Shown: positions 55,916-64,000 of the stretch, piece after piece
How positions within the stretch are numbered: the stretch's first letter is position 1
How the letters are laid out: each line of letters begins with the position of its first letter
NCBI GenBank assembly: GCA_964016885.1
Contig: OZ024741.1
Span: forward strand, 97,836,001-97,900,000
Source of the DNA: Eledone cirrhosa
Taxonomy: Eukaryota
Direction of reading: 5' to 3'
Length of the DNA: 64,000 nucleotides
Position numbers and translations under genes: made by a program
Notes under the pieces: model-generated
What the model was told of the DNA's origin: nothing
Seen by the model: the letters and a program-made list of their open reading frames with translations, nothing else
Databases searched by the model: none

Positions 55916-56524
55916 CATGGTGGCTGCCAACTCGTTTTCGAGTACGGCCACTACTTTATATCCATGTAGGAGAACCCCTACCGATGCGCTGAACGAGTGA
56001 CTTTTTAGTCCAGCCAGCGACTTGAAAACTCTGGTACAAACACTACACTTGTGACAATTATTGACACATAGTGCTTTGCCTTTGGTACCATGTGACGACA
56101 AGTGCAGAGAGATCTCCAGATACAAAGCAATGCCTGTGCCGTGAAGCTTTTATAGTGAGCAAAGGCACTGCACAAAGCCAGTCCCACTCTCTTAACCAAG
56201 ATGATATTTACCAAAAAGAAGAACAAGTCAACATCATTGGATACCATCAGGGTTGCAGGTGTTATATCAGAGTTTTCCTTCTCCTAGAATTCTGCCTTGA
56301 CAAAGGCTAAGGGGTCATCTCTCCCGGTGATTTTGGATGGCTATTGAGTCTTAAGAGCTCCCTTGCCCTTTGACAGGTTTTGTTTTTAGTCCTGCAGGAT
56401 GTCCAAAGTCACCCTCCTCACCAAGAAACCTTGGTAGGGTTGCCAGTTTAGTCGCCAACGACCCGACCATGAGACAGGTTGTACTGGGATACGTGTTACC
56501 AGTAGCACCAACTGGTGACCTGAC
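55916..56524 (-). mobile_element. Non-autonomous RTE-derived short retroelement, copy 2
   Basis: Near-identical to 54106-54718 and followed by the same compound microsatellite to ~57075. Confidence 0.7.
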
Positions 56525-56811
56525 ATATATACATACATACATATATACATACATACATATACACATACATACATATATACATACATACATATATACATAC
56601 ATACATATATACATACATACATATATACATATATATATACATACATACATATATATATACATACATACATATATACATATATATATACATACATACATAT
56701 ATATATACATACATACATATATACATATATATATACATACATACACATATACATATATATATATACATACATACATATATACATATATATATACATACAT
56801 ACATATATATA

Positions 56812-56845
<34 letters not shown>

Positions 56846-56993
56846 CATACATACATACATACATATATATATACATACATACATACATATATATATACAT
56901 ACATACATACACATATACATACATACATACATACATATATATATATACATACATACATACATATTCATACATACATACATACATACATACATG

Positions 56994-57079
<86 letters not shown>

Positions 57080-57764
57080 TATATTCTCGTTTGTGTGATT
57101 GTGTAACAGTGCATGTAAGAATATACACGTGATTGAACAACCATTTCGCTGCAACGAATCATTGGAATTATACAAGCATTCATAATTTACAAGCTTTTTG
57201 TTGGAAAAAGCATATAAATTTCGTGTTAATTCTTAATTATTTCATTAATCCTATAGCAAATGCTTAACTCACATATTAAACACAATAACAAAAAACGAAA
57301 GAAATAATTAAAACTTATCAATTTTTTGCATATATTTATTATAAATCCCCGTTATTGCCCGGGAGTAGTTTCTTCTCCAAATTCCATTATATTGGTTAGC
57401 AGTAAATTCTGGCAGATTTATGCATGGTATACAATATAGTTTCGGATACGTTTCGTATTGTTTTGTGCGTTGAAACGCTGTTTCCTGATTAGGTTGCGAA
57501 TTGACTCAACCCTTTATAATTCAATGGCGTATTGAACGTTATCAAGAAAGATTCCCATCTCTTCGTTAACAAACAGTTGTGACTGTAGTACGTGCAGGTA
57601 ATAATTATATTAGACACATCTTTGTTCATATCAATAATTACTCCCTCCTTTTCAAACATCCTTAGGGAAATGTGAATGTATGAATATATATATATACATA
57701 TACATATACACTTTGATATGTGTATATATACTTTGTATACTTTGATATATATATATATATATAT

Positions 57765-57795
<31 letters not shown>

Positions 57796-57897
57796 TGAGA
57801 GAGAGTGAGAGATATGTGTGTGTGTCTCTCTCTCCCTCCCCCGCTCTCTTCCCCTATCTACGTCTCTCTCTCTGCCTGTCTCTCTCTCTCTCTCTGC

Positions 57898-57937
<40 letters not shown>

Positions 57938-58145
57938 GTCTCTCCCTCTCTCTCTCTCTCTCTCTCTCGCTAACATTATCTAGTTATATACATGCTTCTG
58001 AATGTGCAAATCTTATGTTTGATAATATATTTGTGTGGTACCACTCAAGAATATCTAATGATATTTTGTTTTATTCAATTATTTTTGTTATTTCTATTGA
58101 CGAAATTCATATATAGCAACACGCTACTTACATATTTTCAGACAT

Positions 58146-58247
<102 letters not shown>

Positions 58248-58339
58248 TTGTATATATATTATGTGTGTGTGCGCGTGTATGTGTGTATGCATATCTCTCC
58301 ATAAAACTATTTATTTCTACCTCTATTTCACTCACTTAT

Positions 58340-58505
58340 ATGCTGGTCCTGGGTATGACATTAAACTGCATCCAATGGCATGGCTCCAGTTCGGGGGAAA
58401 CGGAGCTGTGGGAAATATGGAGTAGCCCCTTAGTTGTTACCACTCCCAGGTCAGCTCTGGCCCGGAGTACTGGTAGCGGTTAGGGCGACATTGATTGGTT
58501 AAATA
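58340..58505 (+). mobile_element. Probable SINE-like interspersed repeat fragment
   Basis: GC-richer island GGTCCTGGGTATGACATTAAACTG...CTCCCAGGTCAGCTCTGGCCCGGAGT. Recognised from general familiarity only; single copy here. Confidence 0.4.
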
Positions 58506-58719
58506 ATTTCCTTATTTTAGTGGCGCCGATAAGGTATAATTAACCATTGAAAAGAACCATGGAGAGTGTATTTAACAGCACAAGGGTTAGAGCCCCTAAC
58601 TTCACTGTCTAGAAGAAATCTGGTCATTATGGTTGTGCTGGTTTAGAGCCACAGGGAGGGCCAGTGGATGATGGATGAGCTGTTTCTGAGACAAATATAA
58701 AGAATAGAGGTTTGTCCTG

Positions 58720-60190
58720 CAGAAGAGCCATTAAAATCGGCACTTTCAATGTGAAGACTGTTCGGACGCTGGAGAAGAGAGAGGAGTTGGGTCATCTGTT
58801 CAAGGAGTGTGGAATGCAGGTACTTGCGATCCAAGAACACAGGATCGTACATGATGATCCCATGAAGAGAGTGATGATTGGATAAGAGGAGCAAGCTCAT
58901 TAACACATCAGCAGTGAGGATCACAACTAATGCTGCAGTAGGACGAGTAGGTTTTGTGTTCAGTACATGAGCCAATCTATTAGTGAGGGAAATCATACCT
59001 GTCTCCCAGCGAGTGTTGTGGGTGACCTTCTATGGAAACCCAAGGCTGACAGTCATCTCAGGCTATAGTCCAACCGAGGGGCCAGTGGTGTGAGTGCATC
59101 AACGAGATCACATGGAAGAAGAGAAAGAGTTAGAGTTAGATCCAGGGAACATGGCCCAAGGATAGGAAGAGGAACTTGCTGGATCATTTTAAGTCCCTAC
59201 TAGCAGAGACGCCTTCCACAGCCCAGAACAGTGGGAAGATCAGGCATCTGTTTGAGGAACTATATGTTGAGACAGGACCCTTCACCAGAGAGGAGCTTCA
59301 GAGAGCCAAGAAGAAGATCAAGGAGGGCAAGGCGCATGGAGAATATGGAATGGCATCAGAGGTGACGAACATATGTGATTTTGATGATATCGCCCTGGTG
59401 TTCTCTAACCAGGCACTGGAGAAATGAGTTGTCCCGAATCAGTGGAGGATCAGTAACATCGTCCCAGTGCCAAAGAAGGGATATTTCTCTAACACCAACA
59501 ACTACGGTGGGGGGGGGGGGGGCGTCTCACTGACGTCATTTGTGGCAAAGACCCTCAAAAGGATGATCATTAACAGTATACAGCTGGAGATGGAGAAGAA
59601 GCTGAGGGACAACCAGAACGGCTTCAGAGACGGGAGATCAACCACCAGTCACATCCTAATTCTGAGGAGGATATGAGAGGGAGCTAGAGCAAAGAGCCTT
59701 CCTGCTGTCATGGTTTTCATTCACTTTAGGAAGGCCTTAACTATGTGAACCGTCACTGTCTGATGAAGATCTTACAGGCTTATGGAATCCCCAAGAAAGT
59801 AGGGGACCTCATATCACTGTTCTACACCCACACCAGAGCCCAAGTCATTACAGTTGATGGGATGATAGAGTTCTTTGAGATACTGGCTGGAGTGCTCCAG
59901 GGAGATACATTGGCTCCTAACCTTTTTTATCATCGTAGTGGACTATTGTATTTGCTGGAGAAACACCAGGACCCTGGCTTTCAGATGCTGAATTTGCTGA
60001 CGATATAGTTCTGGTGACAAACACAGTGAAGGAGGCAGAGTAGATGATGCAGGAGTTGGAGATTTTGTCGATGAATGTGGAGCATAGAATGAATGACATT
60101 AATACGTAGTATCTGATAGAGAACATTAAGAAGCCAGAGGATATGATGAATGTAAGCGCGAAGCCAGTAGATTTGGTTGAGGACTAACAG
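58720..60190 (+). mobile_element. Degenerate, internally deleted RTE-like LINE (APE and RT)
   Basis: IKIGTFNVKT..LAIQEHR, GYSPTE, VPVPKKG..NY.GVSLTS..K, LRDNQNGFRDGRST, GVLQGDTLAP and EFADDIVL. Confidence 0.85.
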
Positions 60191-61830
60191 TATATATATA
60201 TATATGTTCAATAGATTTACAAAAGAAAACTAGTAGATTAGACATGACATCGCTTTTGGAAAGCTGTTTTAAGCGAAACCGGTCAAATACAAAGGTATAT
60301 AATATAGTATATTTGATATAAAACGTTGCTGCGTATTTAATCAATTAAACATAATTATTATATATGGGTAAGTTCATTTCCAACAACATAGCATCGCCGA
60401 ATTAATTGCCCTGAACTTTTTATTTCTTTTCCTCTACACTCTGAATTCCAATCACATCAAGATTACATTACACATATTTGACTTGATTCACTTTTTTCCA
60501 GTAAAATTATCATATATACTCGACGTCTCCTCGTCCTCTTCCTGGTCAGGCATTCTCGACTCATTCGTCTCTTCTTCTCACATCACTCCTATCGGTTACA
60601 AAGCTCGAGGTCCGCACTATACAGTCCTTCGTAACCGAATTTTGATCTCTGGAATATTTTCCCTGCTCATGCCTTTACAAGAGTTGAAGTGAAATAATTT
60701 AGTTGTAGCAATTATTGGCGAAAACCATGTACTATGCTCTCACTCCTGAACATACCAAAACGTACTTGCCCAGTTCTACCATATGACACGTGGAGTTTGG
60801 CTAAGGTAAAATAATAATCTTCAAGATTCCAGAATGCACTTAATTTTCAATTTTGATATATATTTATACTGCCTTTCAACAGATGAATATTTCATACGAA
60901 GGAATTCAAATCGTAAATATAGGAATTGGACCCAATCCATTCTCCAGTTTAAGGTTTGACAACGGACGATAGTAATGACGAAAGAGCGATCTATAAGAAA
61001 TGTGTGGGAAAGTCTATTATTTAGCGAGCGTTATATATGTTTTCATTATTCTTTCGAATAGTACTCGCTTGTATTGCCTCAGCTGTTCGGAGGAAGCAAA
61101 ATGAATTAAAACAAGTAATGAAAGTTTGTCATATTTCTTTTAGTACGGAAGGAAAAAGAACGGATATGTTAAACAATATAAGATAACAAATTATTTTAAA
61201 TAATGATGGTATACTATTAAATAATTTGTGTTCCGACGTATTTACATACTATTACCTCACAGGTAGAATGTCATTAGAAGTACTGTACCAAAATCAACTT
61301 TGTTTTTAGACTTTGTTTCAAAAACCATTGAGAATTAAGCTAAAATTGCATTTGTTGTTGGAGATGGCGTTAACAAAATGAGTGTACAATCGGTTGCAGC
61401 ACAGTAATATTAAACGTAGAAAGAGACCAGAGGTTCATTTCTTTAACTTTTTATTTTCCCTATCGGTTTCTACTCGTGGTTCTCAAATATTATAATTTGG
61501 ACGTGTTATAAAACATCTGCTCGTCAATAGAAATTTATATACATGCATTCACCAATGACTCAATTAAAATAATTTTATTATTTAAAGAATCAAAAATTCA
61601 TTTTTATGGGCCTACTCAAAACCCCGTATACCTTTAACCACTCCCCAAGTCTGAAAATACCTTTCACTCTACGCAGGTAGGTAAAACAACAAATCTGAAA
61701 CGGTAGCATTTTTACTCCACAAAAAATAAAATTTACGCTCTGCATATGTGCTGTCACACACACACACACACACGTACGCACACACACAAATACACACACA
61801 CACACAAACACACACATGCGCACATGTGTA

Positions 61831-61884
<54 letters not shown>

Positions 61885-62608
61885 TCAAACAACGAATTTA
61901 ACTATATTTATACTAATTTCATGCACGATTTCTAATCACCCACAACAGAAAGTGTGTTACAGCGCTGCTGACACCTTTATAACTCAATGTTACAGATTCT
62001 ATTTCCCCTTGTATAATTATATATATAGTAGTCAGAGCAGAACAGAACGAAATCTAACAGAACCATATCAAAAAATCAAAACAAAACAAAATAGTAGTGT
62101 AACCTCCATATGTCAGAATAAAATCTAATTTGGTTTCCATGTATACCTGGTGGTTAACTTGTTATTGTTTGTAATCAAAACCAGTTCAGGCTTAGATTAT
62201 AGCAATATATGTTTGGTACTTCGCTTCAGGAACAGTGTTTTGGGAACACCAGAAAAATATGTTGTTTTCTCTTACATGAAATATATTTGGTGTTAGTTTT
62301 TGTTAGTATATGTTTAGAAAATCTCTTATCTGTGTGTGCTCCATGTATTCCATACGGTGTAGTGAGACGAACACAATAAATTTTGGAAAGGCGCTGTGGG
62401 AGATACTGTCGGTTTTTCTTTTCTCGAATTTTCTGAGTCGTTTGTTTAAAGGCCTAATGTACATGTAATAAATGTACTCACTAAAACACTTGTACTATTT
62501 ACTTGTAATCCATAGATCTTCAATATTATTTCGCCTTTCAAACAGTAACCCATCAATTTTCGTTAAAACATCGATACATACATGTGTATATTTGTGTTAT
62601 ATACGCAT

Positions 62609-62693
<85 letters not shown>

Positions 62694-63026
62694 ATATTGT
62701 CGTTATGACAATACTATACATCATTTCACCTCTTTTATTATTGATGTTATTGATGTTCTTTTGAGAGAATCGATTTTGCAAATGAGTGTAAATATGGAAG
62801 GATGTACGCCATTTTTACCAGTACCACAAAAATACTGGCCCAGTATTTGTCAGCATTTTCTTTCCCTTTTTACTAATCTATCTCTCTATATATATATATA
62901 AATAAATTAATAAAAACAATGAATAAAAACAAAGAAACAGTTCCTCATATAAAAAAATACATCATTTTACGATCGTTTCTAGGATATATATGTGTGTGTT
63001 GGTATGTATATCATATATATCTATGT

Positions 63027-63078
<52 letters not shown>

Positions 63079-63545
63079 CTCTGTCTCTCTGTATATATAT
63101 ATAACAACTCTCGATACACATTCTGATGCATGCACGCGTATTGGCTCGCGTGTACACGTACGGATTTACACTCCATCACTCCATCGTCACACACATTCCT
63201 TGGCTATCACTTGGTAGTGTAAGTGTGCTTGTAACTCTTGTGCTTGTAATCTGTTATCACGTTGCACCCATTCCGGGATTGTGGCGCCGTTGGTATTGAA
63301 TGTTTCCCAGCTTTTACACCATCTCCACAAACTTTCCGGCTCTATCTCCACCCACGTAGCGGAATAGTGGCCAAAACATTAAGACATGTTTCCTACTATA
63401 TCAAACGTTAAATTATCTTTCCATTGTAATGTGTCATTACTAAACTCCATTGAAAATTTGTGATCTTTTTGCAAACAACAATTTCATGTAATGGACTAAA
63501 TAAGAATGGTGAAGCTGATTGCAGACCTAATTCAAGTATATCATT

Positions 63546-64000
63546 TCATTCACCAGCATTGCTCTCTGCGGAGCACAGTCCATTGACGACCCTCCACCAT
63601 CGTACACATCCTGGGCTGCTCTCGCCACTCACTCCACTCCAGATGGTTTCCAGTTTTCTTAATTCAGCCTCAGTGTCACGGCTGCAGCTTCCACAGGGAC
63701 GGCCACTCTTCATCTTATCCTGCGGGCTCCAGGTCAGGTCTTGGCGTGTGGTGTTGGATACTGGTGTCCTAGGGGTATGTCCAATCCAGTTACACTTTCT
63801 TCGTAGAATCTGCTTTGGCACTGGTTCCTGTCTCGCTCACTAACACAGATGTTTGTTTCTGATTTCTCTATTCATTTGGTGTTATAGATGCGCCTGGGAC
63901 AGAGGTTGACGAATGTCTGGATCTGTTGTGGCATCTTTTTTGTTGATCTGCAAGTTTCACATCTGTACCGCCTTCATGCTGGAGAAGAAGATGCGAAGTC
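63546..64000 (-). mobile_element. RTE LINE 3' end (continues beyond window)
   Basis: QILRRKCNWIGHT.R...TTRQDLTW.PQ.KMKSGRP...W..VVNGLCS is a typical RTE C-terminus. Confidence 0.85.

Noticed and set aside
54545-57183. Long ORFs (up to 526 aa) rich in Y/I/M/C/V/H/T
   Set aside because: Translations of stop-free (TACA)n/(TA)n microsatellite; no protein signal.
61630-61700. Possible small minus-strand exon (TTTCAG...AAG|GTA)
   Set aside because: Splice-like signals alone are expected by chance, and there are no neighbouring exons.

Overview
AT-rich, microsatellite-dense eukaryotic (animal) DNA. The SINE and repeat make-up suggests a cephalopod mollusc, which is an inference. No host protein-coding exon can be supported, and most listed ORFs are translated (TA)n, (CA)n, (GA)n or (TACA)n repeats. 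The window is mostly transposon remains. (1) A ~16 kb block is built on (ATT)n tracts: a Tx1/L1 3' end, an apparently full-length R4/Dong-like retrotransposon with an intact 1130-aa ORF, and two tandem Tx1/L1 elements. (2) A 5'-truncated Neptune-type Penelope element ends in a hammerhead ribozyme and (TA)n. (3) Also present are an internally deleted mariner with ~103-bp TIRs, a non-autonomous Helitron, a piggyBac-type MITE, RTE, CRE and R4 fragments, a duplicated RTE-derived short element and many tRNA-like SINEs. The most striking unexplained pattern is a recurring class of short, non-coding fold-back elements in or next to (TA)n tracts, several carrying minimal type-I hammerhead motifs. The best example is a perfect 339-bp palindrome (23676-24014) with one hammerhead on each strand. 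All motif calls and alignments were made by eye.
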